Below the pieces are notes generated by a model, which was given only the letters and a program-made list of their open reading frames with translations, was not told the DNA's origin and did not search any database. From Diplonema japonicum (Eukaryota > Protista > Euglenozoa: Diplonemea), in NCBI GenBank assembly GCA_964019335.1, contig OZ025674.1, forward strand, positions 496,001 through 560,000: a stretch of 64,000 nucleotides of DNA, read 5' to 3'. Position 1 is the first letter of the stretch; every line of letters starts with the position of its first letter. A program made the position numbers and the translations under genes. Below are positions 12,977-25,514 of the stretch, in pieces.

Positions 12977-13933
12977 ATGGGAGCCAGCGCGACTAAGACA
13001 CGCACAAAGAGCCTTCTTGTGAAGCAGGCGAGTGGCATAATAGACGAGCAGGGCGAGGCACCCCCCGTGGCAGCTATCGAAGCTGCACTGAGCAGGGGCG
13101 ACGTGCTAACTGCCATGTCGATGCAAGGGGTGGAGGTCAGGTTCTTCGTTTGCAAATGGAGACAGATTGAAATCTTCGTGGAGGGGCGGTGGGCCAGCTC
13201 CCTGGGGTCCTTGCAGATCCTGGACGAGGCAGAGGACTACGTCGATCTGTACGATGAAGAAGAACCCGTTCTGAGACTGAAGAAGGAAGACGCGGAAAGA
13301 ACGCTCGCCAGCTTGGTAAGACTGTGCAACCGTGCAGCCATCCCACATGACTTGGTGATGTCGATGCCCGTTATGCGGTGCAAGTACTGCAACCATGTAA
13401 GGAACGAGCACGGTGTGAGGACTCTATGCAATGTGATGCACAGAATGCATGAAGCGAAGGACTACGACTCGTCTGGTGAGGGCCCGGTGCAAGACTGGAT
13501 GAGCGCCACTGTGCTGCCCCCTGGCTGCACGCAGACCGACTGTGACGACACAGAAGGAGCTGCCGACACCCATGGTTGGCATTGTGCTGCTTGTACATTT
13601 CACAATACTGGAAAAAGGGCAGCTCGCCATTGTGGTGTATGTGGGGCAAGCCGGCCGGTTGTACCTGCTACTCCTACTTCTCTTGTTTGCTTGGATTGCA
13701 AGATCACTCTTGCAAACGCTCCGCCTTTCTGTTCTCGTACTTCGCGGCCCCACCCTCTCCCTCGCAGCCACGCTGCGACAGGCAAAGCCTGTGGGGCCTG
13801 CTCCGTTGCTCCTTCAAATACTATCCTTATGCCTTGCCGGCATCTTGCTTCGTGTTCGGCATGTGCACCCTCCCTTCAGACCTGCCCGAGGTGTGATGTG
13901 CCTGTCACTCATAGGCTTGAGGTGTATGCATGA
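12977..13933 (+). CDS. RanBP2-type zinc finger plus C3HC4 RING protein (putative E3 ligase)
   Basis: WHCAACTFHN...CGVCGASRP (RanBP2 finger). C-terminal CGAC...PCRH..CSAC....CPRC RING. The N-terminus MGASAT is a possible myristoylation site. Confidence 0.85.
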   Translation: MGASATKTRTKSLLVKQASGIIDEQGEAPPVAAIEAALSRGDVLTAMSMQGVEVRFFVCKWRQIEIFVEGRWASSLGSLQILDEAEDYVDLYDEEEPVLRLKKEDAERTLASLVRLCNRAAIPHDLVMSMPVMRCKYCNHVRNEHGVRTLCNVMHRMHEAKDYDSSGEGPVQDWMSATVLPPGCTQTDCDDTEGAADTHGWHCAACTFHNTGKRAARHCGVCGASRPVVPATPTSLVCLDCKITLANAPPFCSRTSRPHPLPRSHAATGKACGACSVAPSNTILMPCRHLASCSACAPSLQTCPRCDVPVTHRLEVYA

Positions 13934-13981
13934 GATTTGATGAAGGTAGTTTTCGACAGAAAGAAAAAGAAGAAAAAAAGC

Positions 13982-14014
<33 letters not shown>

Positions 14015-14260
14015 TAACAAAAAAGATTTTTTTTTCTCTCTTTTTCTATTATTATTCCTTATCCCCTCTCTCTCCCCCCCCCCCTCCTATTTTTTTGACA
14101 AAAAAAAAAACAAAACAAACCTCTAAGAAAATGAAAGAACTTCTCTACAAAATTAAAAAAAAAAAAAAAAAACGAAAAAAAGAAAAGGATTTTTTTTTTA
14201 TTGATACGTAATGAAAAGCACAACAAGATGTGGTTTTTTTTTTGTTTTTTGTTTTTTTGT

Positions 14261-14315
14261 TTCGTTGCACACTTAACGCCACTTAGTGTTGCAATCAAAG
14301 CCCCATTTTTTTTTT
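14261..14315 (+). mobile_element. Retroposon-like 3' stub, family B, with T tail
   Basis: 44/45 nt identical to 20992-21036 and followed by a T run. Confidence 0.65.
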
Positions 14316-14371
14316 CTCTTTTTAGTGAAAGAAACTTAAGGAAAAATGAAGAAAGAAAAAAAAGTATGAGT

Positions 14372-14437
14372 ATTCCTCCCTGAACGGTGAGCACCCACCC
14401 GCACACCGAAGTTTATCAAATTTTTTGTTTTTGTTTT
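14372..14437 (+). mobile_element. Retroposon-like 3' stub, family C, with T-rich tail
   Basis: Shares CTCCYTGAAC..CACCCGCACACCGAA..TCAA with 18670-18706 and is followed by T-rich sequence. Confidence 0.55.
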
Positions 14438-14956
14438 GGCACAATGAAGAAAAAGAAGAAAAAGAAATCCACCGTAAGCGAAATATTGTTTTTTTTTTTT
14501 TTTTTTTTTTTTGTTCACACGAAAGAAGAACAACGAAAAAAAGAAATAAGGGGAAAGAACAAGCGGCATGTCCCCCCCCCCCCCCCCCCTCCTTAACTGG
14601 GTTGTCAGATATTGCACAGACTTGTGTGTATTCTTTTTTTTATATTCCCCCCCCACTCTGGTACACATGGCATGATAAGGGTTTGCTTTTTTTATACTCT
14701 CCCCATTTTTTTTTTCTCCTACCACTTTCTTCCCATGTTTCAATAAACAGATTTCAAAACGAAAGTTTAGATTTTTGCTCTCCCAACTAAGGGGATCCGG
14801 GTGAAAAGGAAAGGGGGGGAGGGGGAGAAGTGGTGCCACTGCTTCTCCTTCTCAAATAAGAAGCACGACGAACTGAGAAAAAAAAACACAAAGATTTTTG
14901 TTAAATTTTCTCAGGGGTGTGTTGTCTTTATTCCTCTCTTGTTGGTGTTTGTGTGT

Positions 14957-15007
<51 letters not shown>

Positions 15008-16628
15008 TGATATCACACATCACTCGTTTTTCTCCGTTTTGAGGAAGAAAAAAAAAAAGAAAAGAAATCAAACAAAAAAAAGAAGAGGGAACATTTCTGC
15101 CTATCCCCCCCCCTTTTTTATTTATTCCGTAGGCTTTTCATATCTTCGGCCTAAATTTAGCCACACTTTCATTAAGTTTTTCGTTACCCTTCTTGCACTC
15201 GAGACTGATTTGTCCTCCTCCTGCAAAAAGAAAGAACAGGTAACTCAGTAATTGTTAGTCATATTTTTAGTTTGGCAATAAAATTTGCTTTTTTTTTTCT
15301 TTATATTCTCCCCCATTAGGAAACATCATATAAGGAAAAAAGAAACTTTTGGGTACTGCTCTGACTCTCACTTCATCACAAATACAACACAAAACAATTG
15401 TTTAAAAAAAAAAGAAAAGAAAAGAAAACTAAACAAGAAAAAGAGATTTTATTTTCCATTCTTTCACATGCTGCACTAAAATCCCCCAGAAGGAAAAAGA
15501 AGAAGGATTTGTTCCAAACATTTCTTCTTAAACTCACATACTGGCGGGATGTACAGAAAAGAAGAGCCTCTTCGGGAGTCTTTTTTTTTTTTGTTTTGCA
15601 GTTTTCTTTTCTTTTTTTTTTTTTTTGTAATGGCAAAACCATCAAGCAATAAATAAGAAGCAGAATAAAAAAAACAAAAAAAAAAACATGCTGTAAATCT
15701 TTTAATCTCTTAAAATTCTTTGACACATTTTTCTTCTTTTTTTTTTCGGGGTACCTTCTTATAGAGACGAGTCTCAGTTAGCCTTCATTTCGTGATCGCA
15801 AAAGTTTTATTTTTAAGTGGCCGGACAAAATTAAAAGAGATTTATACAGTACTTTTCGTTTTTTTTATTTTGCTCCTTTTTTTCATTTTCAGTTTCACTT
15901 ATACTCCGTAAATGGTATCTCCTCCCTCTGCAAGAAGAAGAAAAAAAAAAGAAAAAAAAAACATGCGGCCTTCATTCGAAGCGAAAGAGAAGAAACGAAT
16001 GAGGGAAGAAAGAAAAAAGAGAAAAAGAGAATGAAAGACTTTCTTCTCTCCAAATTAAAAAAAAAAAAAAAAGAAACATATCACGAAGACCGTAACTACC
16101 AGCCTTTACGTAGGTGGAGGGAGGGTCCAGGCGTCAGATTTATCTGAGGCAAGAGGGAATATAAAATAAGGTTTTTTTTCCTGTCTGTCCCAATCAGAAA
16201 AAAAAGGTTTTTTTCTTTGATGGGGGTAAAAAAAAAAAAAAAGAAAGAGGGGAAAAGAAAAAAAAAAAGACCCACAACCTTGTTTTTTTTTTTTCTCTTT
16301 TTTTTCCCTGTCTCCCTGTATGACGCCATTCTACAGGTGGGCATTTTTTTTCTTTCCCTTCCGTTCCTTTTTTTTTTGTTTTAACAATATTATTGTCGAG
16401 ACTAAAAACTAGTTGATGGCAGCGTAATGAGCTATTTTATTAGGTAAAATTCCGCTCGTGCGCACAAACAAATGGAGCGCCAAACTAGTTTTTTTTTTTT
16501 TTTTTTTTCCCCTTCAGGTTTATTGTTCTGTTCTTTTAAAGGGCACGAGCGAGTCCCTCTTTCTGTGCCGTTCCTTATCGGGTAATGGTAAAAGGTGCCT
16601 CTTGTGCTATTCCTGCTGTTCTTGTTTT

Positions 16629-16675
<47 letters not shown>

Positions 16676-17414
16676 GAGAATAATTTCGCAGGTTTTTTCC
16701 TGGACGAATTCACCTCTGGTGACCTCTGAACCTAACTTCCCTCTCTTTTTTTTTTTTTTGTTTTTTGTTTTTTGTTTTTTTTTTTACATTTGTAATTTTG
16801 TTGGTTAACCTTCTTAATCCCACATAAAAGTGTCATAATACTTTCCTCCCGTCTGTGGCGGTCATCGAATTGTCCGATATTTTCAACAAAACACGGAAAA
16901 GATTTGAAAGAACAAGAAGAAGGGATCGTTTCTTCTTCTTCTTTTTTATGTTTTTCATTTTTTTCTTTTTGTGTGCCCCCGAAATGGATTTGCTATCTTC
17001 TATACTCGAGTAAAAAGCTAAAACGACAAAAAAAAAACAAGTTTTTACTATATGAGCTCGCCCCGATAGCATAAGATTTTACTCTCAAATTCTGAAAGCA
17101 TTTTTACGCGTGCATTTCTTACTTCGAAGATTTATCGGGGTTTTTTTTTTTTTTTTTTTTGCACACTCATATTTCCCCCCCCGTATCTCAGATATAGAAA
17201 ATGCAAATATTTTCCTTTTGAGACAAGTGGTCCCTCAAATGAGAATTTTCTCTGGAAAAAAACGGGGGGAAAAAAAAAAAAAAACGGAAGAACAAAAAAA
17301 AAAAAAAAATAGTTCTTCGTCACTGTGAAATTCATATCTCCCTCTCATATACAGTAAAATACAACAGGTGGCGTAAAGTAGTGAAGAACACTTTTTTTCT
17401 CTTTTTTTTTTTTG

Positions 17415-18154
17415 TTTCACTCTTCAGAAATTACTTCACGCACTGGGGGGCCCATTACTTCACGCTAAATCTCATTACTTCACGGTGAAATAATGGCCTG
17501 TTTTCCGTGAAGTAATAGGGGGTTTCCGTTAAATAATATGCCTCGGTAGGCCAATTTTTGCCTCGGTTCGGTTCCCAGTGGGGCTACTTTTTCCTCTCAG
17601 TTTGCTATTTCCCCTCAGGTTCAGTTCAATTGGCCAACTTTTGCCTCGGCTCAGTTCCAAGTTGGACTACTTTTTCCTCCCAATTTGCCCACTTTTGGCT
17701 AGGCCTTGTTCCCAGTTTCTGTGGGTAACTCTTCTGTGGGTAAGGGTAACTTAGTCAGCTTACCCAAGCACCCCAAAAGACTTCAAAATACCGAAGCAGC
17801 AGAAAAAAAGGAGCCAGCGGCCGCGCTAGGTATGGGAAGGCCTGATTAGAGATGGTGACAGTGGCAATGCCAGCGACAGCGGCAGCTCTTAGTCAACAAA
17901 AGGAGGAAAAACAACTTGTATTGTAACCTTTGTAACCCCTCTCTTGTTGTACCCCTTGTCACCCTGTTGTGCCCCTCGTGGTGAAGTAATTTCAGAGTGT
18001 CGTGAAATAAAACCACTTACCTACCGCCAAGTAATGCTTTACCGACCTCGAGGTTCCGCATTTTACCATCTCGGGCCCTGCGGGCCCTCGACGGTAAAAT
18101 GCGGAACCTCGAGGTAACGGTAAAGTCATTACTTGTTGGCAGTAAATAGCTATT
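17415..18154. mobile_element. Non-autonomous element with subterminal inverted repeats and a terminal ~130-nt hairpin (Crypton-like), copy 1
   Basis: Near-identical second copy at 24275-24773. TTTCAC..GAAATTACTTCAC is inverted against GTGAAGTAATTTCAG..GTGAAA. Perfect 23-bp stem 18045-18067 / 18093-18115 capped by CTCGGGCCCTGCGGGCCCTCG. Confidence 0.75.
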
Positions 18155-18458
18155 TTTCTTTAAAGTCTCCTTTTCCTTTAAAGTTAGCCCCTGTTCCTGA
18201 TTTCTTTTTTTTTTTTATAATTTTCTTTGTATAAAAAATTGTTTCCCACCTTCCCCCCACACCCTTTTTTTTTAAAAATTATTTTCATGCCCCTCAGCCA
18301 TGCTTTGTACCCCATGCCCACATGTTTATTGTTCCAAATACCCCAGAAATTTTGAAAAGGAATCGATGAGCAAACGGTTGCCTGTGTAGTGCAAATGTAG
18401 CACGACAACACTGCGGGCTTCGTCACTATTGCTCTTTTGGTCGTTCTTTCATTTCTCT

Positions 18459-18521
<63 letters not shown>

Positions 18522-18522
<1 letters not shown>

Positions 18523-18720
18523 GTACGACCAGGACTGGCTCACTGGAAGGATGCGATTTCCCGACGCAAAGTCAAGGGTACAAGGGACCCCAAGCAATGT
18601 TTCTCGCCCAGATGCCGTCCATCATCTTATCGTAACAGCTACCGCAGAACGGTGACCGATTAGTGAATTTCTCCTTGAACCACCCGCACACCGAAATTTA
18701 CATCAATTTTTTTTTTTTTT
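18522..18720 (+). mobile_element. Retroposon-like 3' stub, family C (ORF end, 3' UTR, T tail), preceded by T60
   Basis: Open frame ending ...HHLIVTATAER* at 18655, then a block shared with 14372-14420, then poly(T). Confidence 0.55.
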
Positions 18721-20243
18721 CTTTTTTCGAACGCTCAATTTTCTGAAAAAAAAAAGAAAGAAATGTGCCTTTTTTTTTTTTTTTTTTGAACAATAAAAAA
18801 AAAAAAAAAAAAGAAGAGGAGAAAAAAAAAATAAGACGAGTTTTTTTTTTAAAGTACTTACCTCAAGTAAAAGAAAAGGTGCCTCCTGAAGAAATGTGAG
18901 GACGAGAAAGAAAAGAAGAAAAAGAAGAAGAAGAAAACCTACCCCCCGATTCGACTACTAGGGTAAGTACAAACACTAAAGTTCTAAAGTAAACCGAGGA
19001 AAAAAAAGAAAGAGAAGGGAAAAGTTTAAAAAGAAAAAACACACAGAAGATTCTTATTTTATTGATTTTATCAATTCCCTAATTGCTTCCTTTTTTTTTT
19101 TTTTTTTTTTTTTTTTATATATAGCCCCAGATGGATTTTTTAATCAAGCATCAGCGGTCTGTCAGGCTTCAATGGGATACTATTAAAAGAGGAATGGGAG
19201 AAAAAAAAAAGAAAAAAAAAAGAGAGAAAAGAACAAATCGATTTAACACCTTACTTCTTCTTTTTTTTGTGTGCCTTGAAAAAAGAAAACCGAGATTAAT
19301 AAAAGGAAATAATCAAGATAAGAAGGACACCCAAAAAAAAAAAAAAAAAAAAAGGAAGCCAGCAGGCGTGCATTATAATAGATAAGAATTTTATTTAAAA
19401 CCTGTAAAGGACCAATGTCCCCCCCTTTTTTTTTCTTCTTTTTTTTTTCAAAGTAAGAAAAAAAAAGGGGGGAGGGAATCATGATTCATATCTCTAAAAC
19501 TAAGCAAGGTCTTGACTTTCTAAAGACTTTTAGAAAGATTTGATGTTGCATCCAGAAAGAGAGACCTGGCCGGGTGCTTTTTAAAACAAATTTCCGAAAA
19601 AAGAAATTTGGTACTCCAAGCACCGAAATGGGTCAAAAGAAAAAAACGGGTTTTTGGAGGTATGATGCCGTTGGCATTTAAATTTCGTTGCAAGATATAG
19701 CCCCCTCAGCCTTGGTGCTGGCGGTATATTATTTGTCTTTTATAGGTTTAAAAAAAAAAAAAGAAAAAAAAAAAGAGAGAAAAGAAAAGAAGATGAAGAA
19801 TATGTTGTGAAGAAATTTAAAAAAAAAAAAAAAGAAACTGAAGCTCATCCTAATCTGATTCGTCCAAGAAGCAGGGCTAGAAGAAAGAGGGGGGGGGGGG
19901 GGGGGGGGGAACTAGTTAATGTGCTCCTTCGGTTTGTGTGCAAATGAGATTTTTATTTTTTTCCCCACCAAAAGGTTACCCTAAAGGTTTTTGCCTGCTT
20001 CCAAAACAACTAGTTCTAGTTGCTGTCGAGTTTCTGCACTATGGCTACAAGATTTTTCGACTAAAGAGATTATTGTAACCCATATCGTTGCCACTATACT
20101 TTTGATAACTACTATAACAAGTGTTTTCTGTTGATTAATGGAAGATGAAAGAAGTTAGAGGCGTAGAATAAAAAAAAAAAAGAAAAAAAAGAAGAAAAAG
20201 CCCAGAGACACAGTACCGATTAACCAATTTTTTTTTTCCCGTC

Positions 20244-20277
<34 letters not shown>

Positions 20278-20307
20278 CCGGGGAAACAGAGAAGAAAAAG
20301 AATAACG

Positions 20308-20343
<36 letters not shown>

Positions 20344-20630
20344 ATAATGTTGCTGTGGGAAAAAAAAGAAGAAAAAAAAAAAAAAAAAGGGTGTTAAGGC
20401 AAAAAGCCAAATTGTGTCTTGAACCACCCCCCCCACCTCCCTCAATTTTATGCTCTTTTTCAAGTTCAAATATTTCCTTTCCTGTAATCTAATTTCAACG
20501 TCAGCCACCCCGATCTTACCCCTTATCTATTGTCAAACTGGGCCCACTTTCCCTTGAAAAAGTCACTTTTTGACTTTATTCCCCCCCCCCCCCCCCTCTC
20601 TTCTTGCTTTTCTTTTTTTTCGTGTCCCCG

Positions 20631-20841
20631 AAGGTCACCCACTCGATCCTAGAGGAACAAATGCGAACGCATTGCATCCTCAACAACTCGCTAGTTGGTT
20701 TCACGCCCAAGCTGCTGATGAGATACTACAACGGGCCTAAGGCACTACCACGACAGAGGGGATCAAACACTAGATGAGTTGATTGTCGTTAGGCGATCCT
20801 GTCACATACTGCAGGTTCTCTCAAAGACACCCTTTTTTTTT
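20631..20841 (+). mobile_element. Retroposon-like 3' stub, family A
   Basis: Frame EEQMRTHCILNNSLVGFTPKLLMRYY...TR*, then TTAGGCGATCCTGTCACATACTGCAGGTTC..TCAAAGACA (also at 24217 and, slightly shortened, at 49769), then a T run. Confidence 0.6.
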
Positions 20842-21054
20842 AGGTGGCAGGGATAACATGGAAATATACGAAGAACCATCAGATGTGGTGTTCGCCTGGG
20901 ACGCCCCGGCTAGGGTTGAGTTGCACACCGCACGCATTAAGAGGACGCTCGGCCGAGGTGTGCCCCCTGTATTCAAGTAGACAGTTCGTGCTTCGTTGGA
21001 CACTTAACGCCACTTAGTGTTGCAATCAAAGCCCCATTTTTATTTTTATTTTTT
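20842..21054 (+). mobile_element. Retroposon-like 3' stub, family B, sitting in the T tail of family A
   Basis: Frame ...VELHTARIKRTLGRGVPPVFK* ending at 20980, a 45-nt block shared with 14261-14305, and a (TTTTTA)n tail. Confidence 0.6.
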
Positions 21055-22653
21055 GAACTCATCTTACCTGAAGGAAGGTCTGGTTCCATTTTTAAAAAAG
21101 AACAAGTTTTTTTTTTTTTTTAATTTTTTTATTTCTTTTAAGAAAGAGAGACACCCTTTATCCCCCTTTTTACTTTTGTAGATGCCTTCTTTTTTTTCTT
21201 TTTTTTTTGTTCTCTCTCCCTTTTCTTTTAATCCATCCCTAGCGAGACGGGGGGGGGGAGGTATGCTTGTCTCTGTTGTTGTTTGGGGCCAGCTTTTTAT
21301 TTCATGGCTACAACTTGTCATCCTTGTGCAGAGTGAAAAAGAAAAGATTTTTTTTTCTTGCTCGGCATAGAGTTTTGATATGGTCCACTTACATGAGGGA
21401 AAAAAAAAAAAAAAAAGAAAGAACGAAATGGGGGGAAAAAAAAAGTATAGAAAAGCTAATTTTTTTTTTCTTTCTAAATGTCTCTTTTTTTTTTTCTTCC
21501 AGCAAGAGGCACCCCTTGGGGGGGGCCTTCCGTGAGCACTTCAGAGACATAAGACGTATATTTTCTTTTTTTTTTAAAAAAATTAAGTTTGAAAAATCTC
21601 TATTTTTTTCTCCTTTTTTTCTACTAGATTCATGCCCCCCCCCCTCCCCTAAGAAAACGCCCCAATCCACCTTTCTATTAAAAGGTGTCTTCTCGCAAAG
21701 GGAGGGGGGGGCAAAATAAAGATCAATCCTAAAGGATTTGCTTTTTTTTTTTTCCCTCCTCGTTTTTTTTTTAAAATCTAAAACATGCACCAAAAAACCT
21801 TTTCCTTTTTTTTTTGCAAGAAGGTGTTCTGCTGCAGTGTTTGAGGGAATAAAAAAGTGGGAAGGGGGGGGAGGAATATTGACTGGAGGTGAACCAGCTG
21901 GGGTAGTAAGCAAAATATGTGCTTTCTCCACATCTTTCCTGCCTCCTTCCCTCTTGCTCCCTTTTTTTTCTCTCTTCCCCCCTTTTTTTTCTTCTCCCAA
22001 CGAGAAAAAAAAAAGAATAGAAGAAGAAGAGAAATAGTATGTTACCATTCGCCCCCCCCTTTTTTTTTCTCTTTTTTTTTTAAAGGGGGGTCCTCCCCTC
22101 CCCCCGTTTTCCTGTCATAACAATTTGGGATCTCTAAACTGGTTTCAAGGTTACCTTTTTGCACATTTCATGCACATTTTTTTTTCGAACTCGGTGTAAG
22201 CCAAGAAAAGACCCTTTGAGGAAACTACCACTTCACGGTCAGGCAGAGATCGAAAGATGAAAAGAAACCCCCCCCCCCCTTCTCCCCCCTGAACTATATT
22301 ATTAAAAAAAATATATAGAAAATAAAGCGGACAAAAAAAACAAAAAAAACAAAAACAGAAAAAAAAAAAAAAAAAACTGGTGTGAAAGACCCGCCGAGTT
22401 CTTTCGTTCTTTCTTTCTTTTTTTTTTAAGATTTCCCTCCCCCTTGCCCCCCGACACGATCATTGGCCTTTTTGTTAAGAGAGAAGAGGAGGGGGGGAGA
22501 GAGAGAGCGATAACATAGGGAAAAAAAAAAAAGAAAAGAAGAATACCAAGTCTTTTTTTTTTTTAATATATATTCTCTCTCCCCTTTTATTTCCTTCACT
22601 TTCCCCTTTTGTGTCTATTTTCCCCATCTACCATGGCTGTTGCCGTTTTTTAA

Positions 22654-23992
22654 CCATCTACCAACGAGCGTCTTTATAGAGACGATTTGAAAAAAAATCT
22701 TTTGCGCAAAGGGCTTTCAATGCAATACAGCCCACTTCTCGCATCCGGGGTCCTGCGCGGAAAATATGAAAAATATAAACTAAATGCTGCCCTAACTTAA
22801 CAAGAAAAAGAAAAAAGAAAAAAAAAACGCCAGCCCAAATTTACCCTTGAAAATGGGTGCCCAGAAAGAGGCCGGAAGAGGACATTATGAGTGATGGTAG
22901 CACTGATGGCTCATCCCTATTTTGCAATTTTGGTACGGACAGTGATTCTGATACGAATTCGACCGATTCCGAGTCACAGCAGGGTTGGACGGCAAAGTTG
23001 GAGCGGTTGGAAGGCATCCGGTTCGTGAAGATCGGAATCCTTGTGGACCCTGTTTTGACATCAGAGGCTCAACGCCATTCCATATATTCTCCCAAATGCT
23101 CGCCCCAAACGTTATTTGGGTCATAATTTCGAACAATGTGGCAAATGCGGCTAAAAAAGGTGTTTCCCTGGATCTCAATGCTGCTTCTTTGCGTACATTC
23201 ATAGGTGTCCTTTTGTCGATGGACTTGGATATCATGCCAGATTATTCTGACTACTGGCGCGCTGGCTCCACGTCTCTCAACCACACCCCTGGGTACGCCA
23301 CCGTCATGTCAAGAGGCCGCTTTTTGACTATTCTGGGAAATCTGTGTTTCCACAGCGAAACAAACAAGCGTGCTGACTTCTACCTATCGCAAAGGCCTCC
23401 CGTAGATCACGGATGCAAAGAAGCGAGGCCGCAAGCCCAAGGACACGCATCCTGTGGCGACACACCCAGTTCCACCAGCACGTGAGCATCCTTTGCACCA
23501 CAACATGACATCAAGCCTGTGCGCTTTCTGTCGACGTTGGATGTTCTGGTGAAGTCAAATTTGACGTGTCGGCCAAAAGAGAATGAAAGCCGGAAAGGAC
23601 ATCCCACTCCCCACCAAGTGCATATTTACAACACCGCAATGGGCGGAACCGACGCTGGGTGATGCTGTGACAAAACGCCATAAACGCACCCTTATGACTT
23701 CGAAGCCTTGGGGCACGTACGAACCGCGTCAAGAAGGCCTTAAATAGCTTTTTACAGAATTTTACAGTCGATTTTTTTTGATTGTTTTTTGTACCCCCTC
23801 TCGGGCACTTCAGGAACGTTATTTTTGACAATGTTGTGAGGGTGGGCCCTGCTGTGGGCACCCTCTCTCTAGAATTGGGACATCTGGAGGCATTTCCGGG
23901 GGCATATAGCCCCGGCGTTGCGCTAGAATAGCTTTTTTTGAAGTTTTGAAAATTTACCCCCTGGTGGGCAAAAATGGTCCGTTGGTAGCTGG
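22654..23992 (+). mobile_element. Degenerate, internally deleted piggyBac element
   Basis: TIR CCATCTACCAACG / CGTTGGTAGCTGG (12/13) with TTAA TSD at 22650-22653 and 23993-23996. Transposase remnants: LRTFIGVLLSM..DYSDYW..MSRGRFLTILGNLCF and AMGGTD. Confidence 0.9.
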
Positions 23993-24216
23993 TTAAATTT
24001 ATTAAAGGTGTTGAAATTATTTTTATACCCGATTCCTCCCTTGCCCACGCACCTCATGATGGAAAGTGTGCAATGTGTCCATCTAGCTTCACGAAGTGGC
24101 TTTTAATGGCTTTAAAATTCGGTTTTCAACGACAAAAAGAAATATACGAAAAAAAAAAAAAGAAAAAAACAGAAGAAGAAAAAGTGCGAGAATTGTATCA
24201 TTATTATTTTATTTTA

Positions 24217-24270
24217 TTAGGCGATCCTGTCACATACTGCAGGTTCCCTTCAAAGACATCTTTTATTTTT
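24217..24270 (+). mobile_element. Retroposon-like 3' stub, family A, with T-rich tail
   Basis: Near-identical to 20789-20831. Confidence 0.6.
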
Positions 24271-24274
24271 ATTA

Positions 24275-24773
24275 TTTCACTCTTCTGAAGTTACTTCACG
24301 CTAAAATTATAGCCCGTTTTCCGTGAAGTAATAGGGGTTTCCGGTAAATAATATGCCTCGGTAGTCCTGTTTTTGCCTCGGCTCAGTTCCAAGTTGGACT
24401 ACTTTTTCCTCCCAATTTGCCCACTTTTGGCTAGGCCTCCCAGTTTCAACTTTTCTATTTAGTCAGCTCCCCAAAATATTTCAAAATACCGAAGCAGCAG
24501 AAGAAGTGAGGAGCGAGTGGCCGCGCCAGGTATGAGAAGGCCTGATTAGAGATGGTGACAGTGACAATGCCAATGACCTCTCTTGTTGTACCCCTTGTCA
24601 CCCTGTTGTGCCCCTCGTGGTGAAGTAATTTCAGAGTGTCGTGAAATAAAACCACTTACCTACCGCCAAGTGGTGCTTTACCGACCTCTCGGTTCCGCAT
24701 TTTACCCATCTCGGGCCCCGTGGGACCTCAAGGTAACGGTAAAGTCATTACTTGTTGGCAGTAAATAACTATT
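24275..24773. mobile_element. Crypton-like hairpin element, copy 2 (hairpin partly deleted)
   Basis: Collinear with 17415-18154. TATTATTT direct repeat at 24270-24277 and 24770-24777. Confidence 0.75.
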
Positions 24774-24819
24774 ATTTGCTTTCCTTTGTTTCTCCCCCCT
24801 TTGCTTACGTCAATTAATC

Positions 24820-24860
<41 letters not shown>

Positions 24861-25107
24861 ACAATGTGTGAGCACTTGCATCGATTCATGCAGCAGTCCA
24901 GCCACGTCACATGGTGCCACCCCTTTTTTTCCCCCTCTTTCAAACGGACTTTGTCAATGTCGTCTATCCAAGAAAAGGGTTTCTACCCTACAAACTACGG
25001 GCTAGTTTCTCTTTTCAAACACGAAGCAAAGGGAAGAAGAAGGGGAAGAAGAAAAAAAAAGAATTGCAGCATGTGATTTTAATTGAATGCGGGAAATGAT
25101 TTGTTGC

Positions 25108-25145
<38 letters not shown>

Positions 25146-25458
25146 TCTAGTTTGCAACTCCCTCCCTCTCCTCCTTTCCCTCTCTTCTTTGTTTTGTACT
25201 CCTCACATGAGAAGGTGTCATAAGCTCCCGTCAGAAGGTCTTGCCAACCTGGGCGATGCAGGACCCGTACCCTCAAGAAGAGAGGTTCCCCAGGAGGGAC
25301 TTTTGTAAGGGGAGGAGGGGGGACCTTCAGTTTAATGATGCTCTTTGAGGAAGAAAATAAAAAAAAAACAAAAGAATTAAACATAAAAAGGGGTTTTTTT
25401 AGCATAAAGGGTGTGAGCCTCTCATGCCATGTCCTGCGTGCTTAGAGAAATACCCTAA

Positions 25459-25514
<56 letters not shown>

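Noticed and set aside
16805-16830. TTAACCTTCTTAATCCC as a possible piggyBac end (similar starts at 246, 1836 and 41233)
   Set aside because: No matching opposite TIR or transposase remnant was found.
17540-17720. Repeated ~30-nt units that could suggest a CRISPR array
   Set aside because: A degenerate minisatellite inside a eukaryotic repeat element, with no unique spacers or cas genes.
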